Source of the DNA: Mobula hypostoma
Lineage: Eukaryota
DNA length: 64,000 nt
Assembly: GCF_963921235.1 (NCBI RefSeq)
Contig: NC_086108.1
Span: 66,590,001 to 66,654,000 of the forward strand
Reading direction: 5' to 3'
The position numbers and the translations under genes were made by a program. Shown here one piece after another: positions 37,641-50,300 of the stretch (positions are counted from its first letter, which is position 1; every line of letters begins with the position of its first letter). A model generated the notes under the pieces. The model was not told where the DNA came from and made no database searches. It worked only from the letters and a program-made list of their open reading frames with translations.

Positions 37641-38534
37641 AAGCAAACCTGCCTGCAAAAGACCATTCAGTAGTCTTATAGTGGCAGAGTAGTAGTGGTT
37701 CTTCAGCCTGGTGGTATGTGCTTTCACAGTTTGGTATCTTCTGTCTGATGGGAGCAGAGAGAAGAGAGAATGCCCGGGGTATGTGGGGAAATGAAGTCAT
37801 GAATATGTTTAAATAGAGTGGAATCAAAAGCAGAAAAACGAAATGAAATGGGAAACAAGAACAGAAGGAAAAAGCATAAAAAATAGAGAGGAATCAAAAG
37901 CAGTAAAAAAAAAGTAATTTGCTACATTTGACTTCTTGTTCAATCCACAGCCTTTGCTGAGTCAAGTAAAGTCAGGAGATGAGAATGAATGCCCCTCACG
38001 TCATCAGTATTTCACTGATCGCAAATCAGGGAGTTCAAGTGCAACTGAAAATGGCAGTAAACTATCTACTAGCTGTAATCATATGTCAGGTCATCATCAT
38101 GGAATGGCAAAGGCATTGTCTAGTTTAGCCATCCTCCTGATAACTACATATTGTTCAGTTCCATTGGCAACTCCCCAAACAACGCTGCAGTCAATAAGCA
38201 TATGCAGTGAGAAGCTGGACAGCATACAGGCTTGACTTGATAAGCAGAAAATAACTTCTGGCAATGAATGGTCCAAAAATAGAGAACAATATCATCAAGC
38301 TACTTACCAAAAGAGTTTTCCTCTGTATTCCTGATCGCAGTTTACATACCGCCAAAGGCGATATTGTGCAGGCACGCAAGATATTGAATGCAAGAAACAA
38401 GAAACAGCCTACCCCGACACCTTTCAAATCATTGTCAGGAACTTCAGTCAAGCTCATTTGAAGAACTCTCTGCCCAATTATCATCAACATATAATCTGCA
38501 GCAGAGGGGATCCTAACATACCTGACCATTGGTA

Positions 38535-38995
38535 TCTCTCACTCTCTGGCTATCCATCCCATAGGATGATGATGGTTCCTTTCAGTCAGTTAGTGGGGTT
38601 TATACCCCACTCCTCAGAAAGGAACAGCGTGTGCATGAATGGATCTTAGGTGAGTAGGGGGTTGCACAGGTCCAGACCCACCCCCTCGACATCCCCTCCC
38701 GGATCCAGCAGCATGGTGGGGTCCAAGACGGCTGGGGGAAGTTCTGTTGCAGTGAATGGCCAGACCAAGCTTCGATGCAAGGGATGCCCTTTTCACGCTT
38801 CACAGCACGTGTTTGCTAGATGGCCGCTGACCCTACGAGAGGGTTCATCCACCCTTTGACAGGTCTTGTTTTTCGCCCTGCAGGGTGTCTATCCACCCTC
38901 TGCACCTGGCAAGCCTGGTGGGGGATCTGGTTTAGTCGCCGCCCATCCGACCATGCGACAGGTAGTACTGGGTTACATGGTACCAGTAGCACTCA
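38535..38995. mobile_element. GC/CpG-rich interspersed element of uncertain class (possibly non-autonomous, RTE-derived)
   Basis: Abrupt GC-rich block with retained CpGs and a simple (ga)/(cat) tail at the left end. No ORF recognised. Confidence 0.35.
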
Positions 38996-39235
38996 GAGGA
39001 GTGACCTGACTTCCATTGCTATACTATGAATGGGAATGCCTACCTTTCCATGCCTAGACCACACTTCAGTAAATCTGAACACTTCTACCTGCATATAGGT
39101 AGGAGCTAAAGAGCAAGGCTCCAGAGATCGCTTCTGATTGGAGAACTGGGCAGTGTTCAAGGACTCATCAGAGGCTCTGAATGAATACACCATGGTTGTC
39201 ATGGACTTCATAAACACATTTAGAGATGAGTATTC

Positions 39236-39955
39236 AGTTCTGGTCACCTCACTATAGGAAGGATCTGGAAACCATAGAAAGGGTGCAGAGGAGATTTACA
39301 AGGATGTTGCCTGGATTGGGGAGCATGCCTTATGAGAATAGTTTGAGTGAATTTGGGCTTTTTTCCTTGGAGTGACAGAGGATGAGAGGTGACCTGATAG
39401 AGGTGTATGAGATGGTGAGAGGCATTGATCGTGTGGATAGTCAGAGGCTTTTTCCCAGGGCTGAAATGGCTAGCATGAGAGGGCACAGTTTTAAGGTGCT
39501 TGGGAGTAGGTACAGAGGAGATGTTGGGGTAGGGTTTTTTTTTTTACGCAGAGAGTGGTGAGTGCGTGGAATGGCTGCCGGCGACGGTGGTGGAGACGGA
39601 TACGATAGGGTCTTTTAAGAGACTCCTGGACAGGTAGATGCAGCTCAGAAAAATAGAGGACTCTGGGCAACCCTCAGTAATTTCTAAGGTAAGGACATGT
39701 TCAGTAGAGCTTTGTGGTCCGAAGGGCCTGTATTGTGCTGTAGGTTTTCTATGTTTCTATGAGTATGCTCCAAAAAATCATTCAGAGTCTTCCCCAATTA
39801 ATAGTTTCCTGATTGGTCAGGGCATCAAAGGTTATGGTGACAAAGCAGGTGTATGGGGTTGACTGGGATCCATGATCAGTCATGATGGAATGGCGAAGCA
39901 GACTAGATGGACTGAATGGCTTAATTCTTTTCCTATGTCTTACGTTCTTATAGTC
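39236..39955 (+). mobile_element. Two CR1 3' ends
   Basis: QFWSPHYRKDLETIERVQRRFTRMLPGL..., with tails ttctatgtttctatg and cctatgtcttacg. Confidence 0.85.
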
Positions 39956-39964
39956 TAAGCCCTA

Positions 39965-40615
39965 TATGAACCATGAGATCTGCAACCTGCTGAGGACCAG
40001 ATCAGTAGTATTCAGGTCTGGTGTCCAGGCAGGATACAAGAGGTCCAGGTAGAGGCTCCAGAAAGCCATCGCATAGGCGTAGTGGCAACTCTGGACCAAA
40101 TTTGGTTCTCTGGTTCAATTCATTACAGATAGTCTATATCATGGAACTCACAGTCCCATGGGAGGATTCAGTGGCTGAAGCTTATGAGTGCAAGAGGCTA
40201 CACTATGCAGATCTAGAGGCTGAAACTCAGTAATGGGCTGGAAAACCAAAGTTTGTTCTGTGGAAGTGGCTTGTAGGGGATTTATAGCCACATCCACCAT
40301 CAAATTGCTGATGGAGCTAGGGATCCATGGTCAGACTCCACGGCAACCATCAGAGGCACATCAGAAGTGGCAGAAAGAAGCAGTCACTGGCTTTGGATCA
40401 AGCAAGAAGACCTTTCCTGGGCTCCAGGATAGCAACAAGGGAGAACACAATGGGGGTGGTGACTCTGGGATGATTGAGCCCTCCAGAGATGTAGTCGGCT
40501 AATCAAAAAGCCCTGTGTGTCAACCCTGTGCCACTTCCAGTTTCAAGGCAGTCTCGAGCAAATGCTCATGACTCATTGGCACAAGGGATATTGACATCTT
40601 ATCCTGTGTTTTCTG
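39965..40615 (+). mobile_element. HERO-like (R2 group, RLE) non-LTR element, 3' end: restriction-like endonuclease plus 3' UTR
   Basis: PNLVLWFNSLQIVYIMELTVPWEDSVAEAYECKRLHYADL...GWKTKVCSVEVACRGFIATSTIKLL...SSHWLWIK. Confidence 0.85.
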
Positions 40616-40629
40616 ATTTTGATTAAGTG

Positions 40630-42415
40630 GACCTGTCCAGTGACTGCTGTGAAAAGGCAGCTGATGACAAGGGAAAGACCTTGAGACTCATGGAAAGACA
40701 GCTGACAGGAGGGAATAGACCCCAATGGGACTGTCATGGGCTAGTTACCCACGGCAACAGTCCTCAACGCTGTTTCAGCATGTAGGAGACACCCTTTAAT
40801 GGCTATGAAAAGGCAACAAAGGAAGATGTTCCTAGAGCCTGCAAGAGTAGCTCAATGACTGATAACATGGCGACAGACCTAGGAACAGAATCTACCATGA
40901 ATAAAGAGAGCACTGCACGAGACCACCAAAACACCAGCAGCAGTAGCGGGACACAAGCGTTGGGTGTGCATCTGTGGGTGGGAGAAAGTAACATCAGGAA
41001 AAGGGTTGAAGATCCATCAAGAGAGGACAGGGTACTTGAGGGAGCAGAGACAGGGGCCTCACATTGACCAGTACTTCTTGCAAAGTCAGTCAACTGAGTT
41101 GAGTGAAGTGCAGCAACCGGACACAAACCTAAGTTTGCAGAGCATCAGCATCCCTGTCACTGAGGAAATTAGCACAGAAATCCCAGCTGAGGGACCTACC
41201 CAACCACCAACATATCCTAAGGAGAGAAAGATCAAAAGGCATAGACAGTTTGTGAAGAGTCCTAAAACTGCTGATAAGAAACAGTGAGAAGCCATCAACA
41301 ACTACTTGAAGAAAAATTTGGAGCAATTAAAAGGAACGGCAGAAAAGAAGTTGGATGCAATGGAAGAAATAATCTACTGCTATGGGAGAGTGCAATTTGG
41401 AGTCAGTGCAAGGAAGAGTAGAAAGACGTCATCACCACTAATAAAGTCCAAGAGGCAGCAGGAGATTGAGTGACTGGTTCGAGAAAGGAGACAGCTAAGG
41501 AAACAGTGAAGAAAGCCCCAGACAGTGAGAGGGAAGGCTTCAACCAACTTCATGCAGATATCAAGAGCCGACTGACAAAGTAGCAAAGAGCTGAGAACCC
41601 AAGGAAGCTGAGTAGAAAGAAAGAACAAACAAGTACACGATTCTACAAATATCCTTTTAAGTTCACTAAAGGTCTCTTCACACCGGAAATAAAGTGAAAT
41701 TTTGACTTCATAAAAGCAGGAAATGGAAGAGCACCTGGAAAAGATTCACACAGACTTCAAAAGGCTGGAACACATGATCATTCCATCCGACATCCTGCCA
41801 ATTCAGTCCCCCAACTACCACCTGGATTCTGACCCTCCAAGATGGAGAGAAGTGGAGAAGGCAGTCTGACGAGCAAGAGCAGCATCTGCTCCCAGGCCTA
41901 ATGGAGTACCAAAAAGGCTTTATGAGAACACCGGGCATCTTGCAGTTTCTCTGGAGGCTCATGAGGGTAGTACGGCAGGGGTGACTAATACCCAAAGCAT
42001 TGAGAAGGGCTGGCGGCATCCTGATTCCAAAAGAAAACGATACAGAAAACATCAGTCTGTTTCGACCAATCTGCTTGCTGAGCGTTGAGGGGAAAATCTT
42101 CTCCACTGTAAGCACAGTGGCTGGCCAGCTACCTGGAAAGAGACAAGTGTATTGATACATTTGTACAGAAAGCACAAATTCCAGGGTTCCGCCAGTATTT
42201 GGAACATACAAGCATGAAATGGTAGTAGATCCAAGCTACCAGGAAGGAAAAAAAGTGGACCTCGCCAATGAATTTGGCTCATTTCCCCATACACTCCTCT
42301 GGGAAGCATTTGATTTCTTCCAGATACCAATGCTCATCACAACAACTGGTGAAGTTGTACTTCCAAGACCTGCAATTGTGCTTCACAACAGCAGAGTTTA
42401 CCACAACATGGCAAT
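40630..42415 (+). mobile_element. HERO-like element, 5' part: UTR, N-terminal Zn finger and first RT motifs
   Basis: CICGWEKVTSGKGLKIHQ, PPRWREVEKAV*RARAASAPRPNGVP, GGILIPKENDTENISLFRPICLLSVEGKIF and DLANEFGSFPHTLLWEAFDFFQIP. Confidence 0.85.
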
Positions 42416-42660
42416 GTGGAAAGAGAGCATGATCTGGATGGTTGGACGGTGGGTGGCCCTGATGATGGATGCTGCTTTCTTGTGACAACACTCTGTGTAG
42501 ATGTGCTCAGTGCTGGGGAAGGCTTTCTTTACCCATGATGGGCTGGGCTGAATCCAGTGCTTGTAGTATTTTCTGTTCGAGGGCAGTGGCATGGAAACAC
42601 CAGGGTTTTATATGATGTTATATATGTACTTTGATAATAAAATTGCTTTGAACTTTGAAG
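42416..42660. mobile_element. Rex-type LINE fragments (inverted ORF2 piece plus tail)
   Basis: Minus strand PSTEHIYTECCHKKAASIIRA. Tail gataataaaattgctttgaactttgaa. Confidence 0.6.
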
Positions 42661-42859
42661 TTCTGAGCCATTAATATTTGGTGGGGGTGAACAGAATCCT
42701 CACCAGTCCAGCCCCAAGAGCAGGTTAAAGGCAAAATATTCTGCAGTAAATAACTCTGTCTCAACTCCACAACTCTTTGCAGCACTTTCAAGGGAAACTT
42801 TTTTCATTCTACCTTCATCAGAGTTAACAACATTCTTAATTGAGGGCAACATTCTTCAA

Positions 42860-43320
42860 CAGTATGGTCATGTCTGGTACAACAAGATGTCAAGCTTGTA
42901 ACATGTGGGAGAGTCAATTTTTAATAATACCTACAGAGACTATTGTTTTACACAACACTAGACTATTTTCCTACCTTGCCTGCGTGCTTGCAGCTTGAAG
43001 AAGTTTGATACACTCAAGGACAAAGCAGCACGCATAATTGGCCCCAATTAGCCATCTTCACTTATTGGGTTCACAGGCGCATGATGGTTAGTTACAATGT
43101 GAATCATTTACAAGGTGTGCTGCAGCGACTCACAGTTCTACACTGTCTGCCATTTGGTGCATACTTGCAACAGTATGTTGAATTATGCACATGCTCCCTC
43201 TCCATCCATCCTATGGATACATGTTCCTAATGTACACGAGGACAGCTCATCATTACATTCTCAGGATGGGCACTAAAATGCTGCTCTTACCAGCCATTCC
43301 CCTACCCTGCAAGTGCATCA
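42860..43320 (+). mobile_element. Ancient L2/Crack-like LINE 3' fragment
   Basis: LKKFDTLKDKAARIIGP...HRRM...IYKVCCSDS relic. Confidence 0.45.
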
Positions 43321-44580
43321 TTTACAATTAGAATTGACAGGTAAATTACAATTAACATCAGCGCCCTGTTTGGTGAGTTCATAGTCTTTCTAATATTTCC
43401 ATTCAAAAAGGTAAAATTGAACAATAAATTAACAAACTTTGAACAACCTGATGATTAAATAATTACCAACATTTGCTATCCAGGATTATAATGGTCAAGA
43501 ATTATCTGAACAATGGACATTTAGAGAGCATACCGAATGAGTAGAATTAAAATGTGAAGGGAAAGTGAATTAATGAAAACGTAAGGAATGAAGAAATTCA
43601 GTCAATTATTTTTTTTTAAATTGCAAAGCCAAACCAAGTTAGTGCCAGACTCCAGAGCCACATCTATGAATTGTCTGCCCAACATCACACAAAATAACAG
43701 TCTACAAAATAAAGGGTATTTGGCCATATCAGTTGATTAGGAGCATAGACTGGAATTTCTTTCTCCCTAATACATGGGTACTTAATTATACTGACATACT
43801 ATAATACTGATTGAGATGATCTTAATTAGTACAGGGCTGGTACCGACCTATGTGGTTTAATATCATTTCAGTGATACGGTGATCATATATAATGGAGAAG
43901 ATACCAGAACTATAATCAAGCTATGTTAATGGAAAAATCCAAGTTAATTTTAGTTGTGTATAAAGCAGAAAAATAAACTAATCTGTAAAAATATACATGA
44001 AGCTACAAAATAAATTATAATAGATTAATCTGCCATGTAGTGTTATCATTATGGTGCTGGAAAGCTGAAACAATGTAAAATCCAACAATAATATTGAGAG
44101 TTAATCCAGAAATAGTATCACAGTTTTATAATAAATTAATAAATGTACAATCCAATGAAATATTTAGTTATATTGATCAAAAAACTTCCAAGGCTTTTGA
44201 AAAGTTATTTGATTAAAGTTTTCCCTTCCCATTCAAATTGTTTTCTGACCCTATGGTTCCATTATCTTAGAAAATACATTGGCAAAAGTAAATTGTAGTT
44301 GAGTTCCTTCTTTGTATATTTAAGTAATTATCACACTACAGAAGATTTACAGGCAAAGCAGGGCTCTGAGGGGAAAGTAAGCTAGTACAGGCAGGACAAC
44401 TGTACTGGTTAAAAGAAGTGGCCATTGCTATCAATTCAGATAGTTTAAGTCAGCAATGTTTGTTTAATGGTAAGGCACTTAGGTTACTTTCCTCTTCAAT
44501 GAAGATACAACTTATTCATTTTACATCATGACGTCACTTTTTGAGTCATGTTGCAAAATTAAAATTTAACCAAAACCCAC

Positions 44581-44850
44581 CTCTCTTCAATGCGAACCCA
44601 CAGATCACTAAACTGCCGTTGCCTCTGCTGCTTTGGCAGCTTCTTCTGCCGTTTCTTTTGGCGGCCAAATTCCTCCAGTTGACTAAGGCTGTCGGGCATC
44701 AAGAGGTGTGGAGAAATGATGTCATCATCCAAGTCAGCAGTTGGAGAGGAAAGGGAAGGAACTGGCAAGGAATTTTCTAATGATTCATCAGTGGATGTAA
44801 AAGTAGCAGTAGGAAGTGATGAAGATGAGCCAGTGTTCTGTGTCCTTATC
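44581..44850 (-). CDS. TRABD2A: Penultimate coding exon of Tiki metalloprotease (Ser/Thr stalk plus conserved basic segment)
   Basis: Acceptor tgtttcttttctttctaaag|, donor AG|gtgggt, 270 nt, phase 2-2. It reads [89 protein letters not shown]. [19 protein letters not shown]...RQFxDLWVRIE is the Tiki signature as I recall it. Confidence 0.9.
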
Positions 44851-45249
44851 CTTTAGAAAGAAAAGAAACAATTTAGTGAAGACATCAACACAATTGGCTC
44901 ATACTGAATATCACCAATGACTTTATAGTACTTCATTAAATATATCTCATATGGCAGGAAATCAAAATTAGAAGGTGACTATGATATACCTGCTGAAAAG
45001 AGCTAAGTGTGATTTAATATCACAAAAAAAATCTTTTGTGTGGTTTTCACTGGAAATTTGATGACTATTATTTTTGCTGTGGAGCTGACTGTAGTTCCAA
45101 ATGCAGCTGCAGGAAGAAGACAAATATCCAATTCAAATAAGGTCTGAAGATTTCACTTGGACAATGGCACAACTTCAAAAGGATTGGTTAGAAGAGGGAT
45201 CCAATTTGGAAAGAATTAACAGATTATGAAATACTGTCCTTTTAATTTG

Positions 45250-46250
45250 TGTTTGGGGTCTCTGCAACTGTAGAGAAAGCGGAGGACAGGTTAGTGTAGA
45301 ATTCTTAAAATTATAGGAACCAAAAGATCAATGACTGTTGTAAACTGCAGATGCTCCACAAAGTGGTTGCCTAGTCTATGGTTGCTTTCACCACTGTGGA
45401 GGAGGCCACATCATGAGCACCAAATGCAGTACACCAGGTTGGAAGAGGTGCAGGTGAACTTCTGCCTCATCTGGAAAGACTGTTTAGGTCCCCAGATGGT
45501 GCTGAGGGAGGAGGTATAGGGACAAGTGTTACATCTCCTTCATCTGCAGGGGAAAGTGCCGGAAGACAGGGAATGTTGTTGGGTAGAGATAAGTAGATCA
45601 AGGAGTTCTGAAAAAGGAATCTCTGTGTAGAGCAGAAAGTGGGAGATGGTGAAGATAGGACTGGTGAGAGGATTGCATTCAATCTGGCAAGATGGTGGGC
45701 GATAATGCATTGGATACTAAGGCTGGTGGGATGAAAAGTGGGGTCAGAGCAAATATACTGTACACAAAATGGAGGAAATACATAGGGCTCTATCAACAAC
45801 GGCAGATAAGTAAGCATGCTTCGAGAAGGGTGAGGACATTTCAGAAGCTCTTGAACAGTAGGCCTCATCTTGAGAAAAGATGTGGCAGAGAAGAGAAATT
45901 TTAAAATGGGAAGGCATCCTTTCAGGGGATGTGGGAGGAGGAGGTATAGTCAAGGTAGCTGTGGAATATGTCAGTGGAAAGTTGTCTCCTGGGATGGAGA
46001 CAGTGTCTTTCATAAAAGGGAAAAGAATATTCAGAGAGGTTCTTGGTGAATTTGAGGGTAGGGTGGAAGGTAGAGGAAATTTGATGAAATTGATGAGCTC
46101 TGCATGAGGCAATGCTGATAGAGTTCTTCATACAGCAGCAAAAATGCTTGGGGAGATGGAGCTGCTGCATGAGGAGATCCAAGGCAGTCCTTGCTAGAGC
46201 CCTTGCAAATGTCCATGGTTAGCTCTTGGGTTTTTAGAAAGTGGAATCAA
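45250..46250 (-). mobile_element. Penelope-like element (RT C-terminus plus GIY-YIG)
   Basis: ELINFI..FHPTLKFT...LSTDIF.HSYLDYTSSSH and GPKQSFQMRQKFTCTSSNLVYCIWCS*CGLLHSGE. Confidence 0.85.
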
Positions 46251-46352
46251 AAGTGAGTAAAAATGTTAAATTTTATTCCACATAAAAAAAGTCAGACTTT
46301 GGCAAGGTAAAGTACTCACTAATCTATTTACAAACTATTCCTAGACTTAAAT

Positions 46353-47172
46353 CCATAAGACATATGGATCAGGCAGTTTGGCTCATCGAATCTGCTCTGC
46401 CATTCAATCATTTTATTAACCCTCCCAACCCATTCTTCTGCCTTTTTCTTGTAACCATTGATGTCCTTACTTATCACAACCTATCAATGAAACTTCACTT
46501 ACATACATGCAAATTAATGGATTTTGGGAGACAGGACCATAGACAGTGAATGGCAAAGCCCTGGTGAGTGTTCGTGAAGAGTGAGATCTTGGGGGGTACA
46601 AGTACATAGTTCCCTGAAAGTGATAACACAGAGTGTGAAGTAAGCGTATGGTATGCTTGCCTTCATTGCCCTAAGAATTGGGACGCAGTTAGGGCTGAAT
46701 AAATCATTGATTAGCTGGCACTTTGAGTACTGTGCACCATGCTGTTGCTGCACTGCAGGGTGGTTTTGATTAAGCTACAGAGGATACAGAAAAGGTTCAC
46801 TGGACTGGTGAGCATAGTTATAAGGAGGGACTGTATTCACTGGAGTGATGGACACTGAGGGATGATCTTACAGATTGGTTACAGAATTATGAAAGTCATA
46901 GATGAAGATGGGTATAGTTTTATTTATCCCAGGGTAGGGAAGCGGTTATGAGTTTAAAATGAGAGGGGAAAGATTTAAAAGGGATCTGAGGGGCATGTTT
47001 TTCATGGAGGGTGATTGGTGAATGGAATGAACTGCTAGAAAAGCTATAGAGGTTGGTACAATTACAACTAAGAGACACGGTACATGGATAGGAAATGTTT
47101 AGCATAGATATCCATGACACAGATTAGTTGGGTTAAAAGACTTGCTTCTATGCTTTATAAATCTGTGAATCT
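46353..47172. mobile_element. CR1 tail (-) and CR1 3' fragment (+)
   Basis: ccataagacatatggatcagg tail, then degenerate DLGVQVHSSLK...AYGMLAFI. Confidence 0.75.
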
Positions 47173-49927
47173 AAAAAAAACTGAGCCGTTGGCTGATCTC
47201 TCAGTAATTATGCTGTGAAACTGACTGAATGCTGCTGTTACTCTACAAGTTAGATGGAAAACACTGGATTGCAGATACAATAAAGCCTAGAGTTCTGCAT
47301 GTTTTCTTGGTTATAGGTAAGTTATATATAACTCACACAGAAAACTACAGATTTAGCTTCCTTCCGTATAGCTCCTGTCATTTAAAAATGAAATATATTT
47401 TTAAATGCACTCAAATAAAAAATTCAGAATATTTTACAAGCGTTTTAAAAAATGTTTAAGATGTAATTGCATTAAAGCTATCATTAAACTTGAACATAAC
47501 TTTGTGAAAGAACAGAAATAGAAAACAAAACTGATTAGCCATAAAATTCCTGCATCTGAATGAATGGATTTTGCTTCTCAAGTATTATGTTGAGCTATTT
47601 TCTTTCAATATGCGGTTCTAAATCAGCATTCTTATGAATTATGTTATTTTCTCTAAGCACAAATTGCTTAAAACATTCCACAAAAAGAAATTGTAAATCA
47701 TTTTAAAGAAATCTGAGAACAACAGGAAGATTATATTGCTCTACTTATCTGATTCCAGTTGAAGACCTATGGTTATTTACACAGGCAGGCATGATTATTG
47801 AAAATCTTTGGAAGAAACTTAAGAATGTCCGTACAAACGACTGGCTTTGGAGATAACGAGGCATATCTGCTGCCACTGCAAATTAATAGATCAGAGACTT
47901 TCATCTCATAGCAAAAGCTGAACTTTTTACATTTGGTTTTAATTCAAGTGATAGAACCTTTTTGTTTTTTTTTAATGTAGCTTTTGTGAAGAAATTGGAC
48001 AGCAGCAGAAAACATCTGCTGGAATCATCATCTGAATTACATTTATTTGACTCAGTGTAAGAGCTACACAAAATTTGTGCTCCCATCTCGGTATTAGGGC
48101 TGTGAGATACAGTCATTGCATTAGTGCATATCTTCACAGTACAACTTCAGGAGTGGCTAATTCTGGCTGAATCTATGCACTGACTGAAGCTATGCCTCCT
48201 CTTCTTAAAAAAGGGCATGTTGCCTCTGGTACAAAGACATACCAAAGGTTTTGGAAGTTTACAGTAAACTATATCGGACTATGGAAGAGATAGACATTCT
48301 GACTTTCTCGTCCTGCTCCTCCTGCCTTTTGGAAAAGCATTAGAGGAGAGCTGTGCATGCAGGTTGTACGTTGCACAGCTCGCAGTTAAGTTGCATTGCA
48401 GGTTAATGTCAGCAGTGAAGTAGTGAGGACATGGAGGCAATGTTGAAAAAACTGTTACGATCTCTCCCTCATGGTCAAAATGAATGAACACTTCATCAAG
48501 TCTGTTTCTTAGTAGCTGCAAGACCAGCCTCACTCATTGGCCCACCCTCACTATTCATTTAACGATATCTGTCTGTCATTCATATATCAAACACTTAACA
48601 CTGCTTCATGGCTTACACACTTGCAGCTATTCAACAAATGCAGGCATATCACCAGACACATGCAATATGTCTGTTCTATCCATACCTCAGATAAGTGTTG
48701 GGTGCGAGGTTGAGTGGACATTGTTTGTCTCCAAGCAACCAACCATTGGTCTGATAATGATAGATAGAGTTGCTTGCTCGACTTCACAGCTAACATGTTT
48801 TCCAGTTGCCTAGAGTAATCTGAAACCAGAAGCTTCCCAGCTCCATGGAACAACTGGGGCGAGCTGTTGACTCGATAGATTAAACCAGTAAATGAAACTA
48901 ATATAATTCAGAGTTTTATAATTAAGAGTATAAGGTTAAACACTTGAGAAGCAAAAGAAAACTGTATACAGTTTAGACCATTAACAAAAAGGACACTAAA
49001 CCCTTAGAAGATGCATTGTGTCAATTCACAGGATAATACGACGGATAATACAGAATTACACATAACATACAGCAAAGAAAGAGCCTCAAAACATCTTTGG
49101 TGGTGTTCAAACTTGCTGGAGTTTCCTGCCTTTCCATCCACCTTATTTTGCCTCCTTTGCATATTTTTCTAATCAGTCATCTATCATCTCCTTGTCTAAT
49201 CTTGCAAGTCATGTTGGATATTTCACTAACTTCCTGTGGTTGGGAAGTACAAATTCTAATTACTTGAGTAAAAAAAAATCTCTTCATTTCTCTGTTGAAT
49301 TTAACAATAATTAGCTAGTATTCATGAGTGTCAGCTTTATAATCTCCCACAAGAGGAAGTATTCTTTCCACATGCATCCTGTCCAATTCCTTTTCTCAAG
49401 TCACCTAAAAGGAAAGCAATTCATTGTAATAATATCTCAGTTCTGCCACCTTTATGAATTATTTTGCAATTTATCCAGTACTTCCATATCCTTTTTATAT
49501 TGGGAAACCAGAAAATTGTGCAATGCTCTGCATAGAGCCCAAATGTGTTCATATACAGATTGAACATAGGTTCAGTATTTTTTAGTTTATAAAACCAGAA
49601 ATATGCCTTGTTAATTATTAATAACTGTAAAACTTTTTAAACTTTTGCTCACCCCATCCATATCACTTTGCTTCTGTACCACTTTTTATTTCCAAAAGTG
49701 CAGCTACTAAGGTAGTTATCTGTTGGGGTTCATTTGCCATTTAAATGCTCTGTCAAGTTCTCTAATGTTCTCAGGATCTGGGGTGCAGCTATCAGAAGGA
49801 ACTTGACAAACTGAACCTACTTCCACTGTAATTTAAGTGGATATTTAATCCAAAGATATTTTTGAAAATTATGTATTTTGCGAAGTAACAGGGAAGCAAA
49901 TGTCTGGGGAGATGTTGATAAGAGTCA

Positions 49928-50300
49928 ACATCATCATCGTTATCTGCCATGTCTGGATGACGTGGGAGATCATGACCTTGATTATTCTTGGAAAACTTTT
50001 CTACTGAAGTAGTTTGCCATTGGCTTGTTCTAGGCAGTGTCTTTACAAGATGGATGACCCCGGCTATTACCAATACTCTTCAGAGATTGTCCGTCTGACG
50101 TCAGTGGTCACATAACCAGGACTTATGATGAGCACCAGCTGCTTATGACCATCCACCGTTTGTTCCCATGGCTTCCCGTGACCCTGATCAGGGGCTTAAG
50201 CAGATGATACATATTGCCAAAGAGTGACCTACAGGCTAGCGGATGGATGGAGTGTTGTACACCTCCTTTGGTACAGACGCATCTCCACCCTGCCACCCAT
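49928..50300 (-). mobile_element. RTE-related SINE-like repeat
   Basis: (gat)n tail. Minus-strand aagccaatggcaaactacttcag resembles the RTE/Bov-A-type ggcaatggcaaaccac segment. Confidence 0.55.

Noticed and set aside
38191..38529. 112-aa hydrophobic ORF or microexon near donor TTG|gtaagt
   Set aside because: No adjacent polypyrimidine tract and no recognisable protein.
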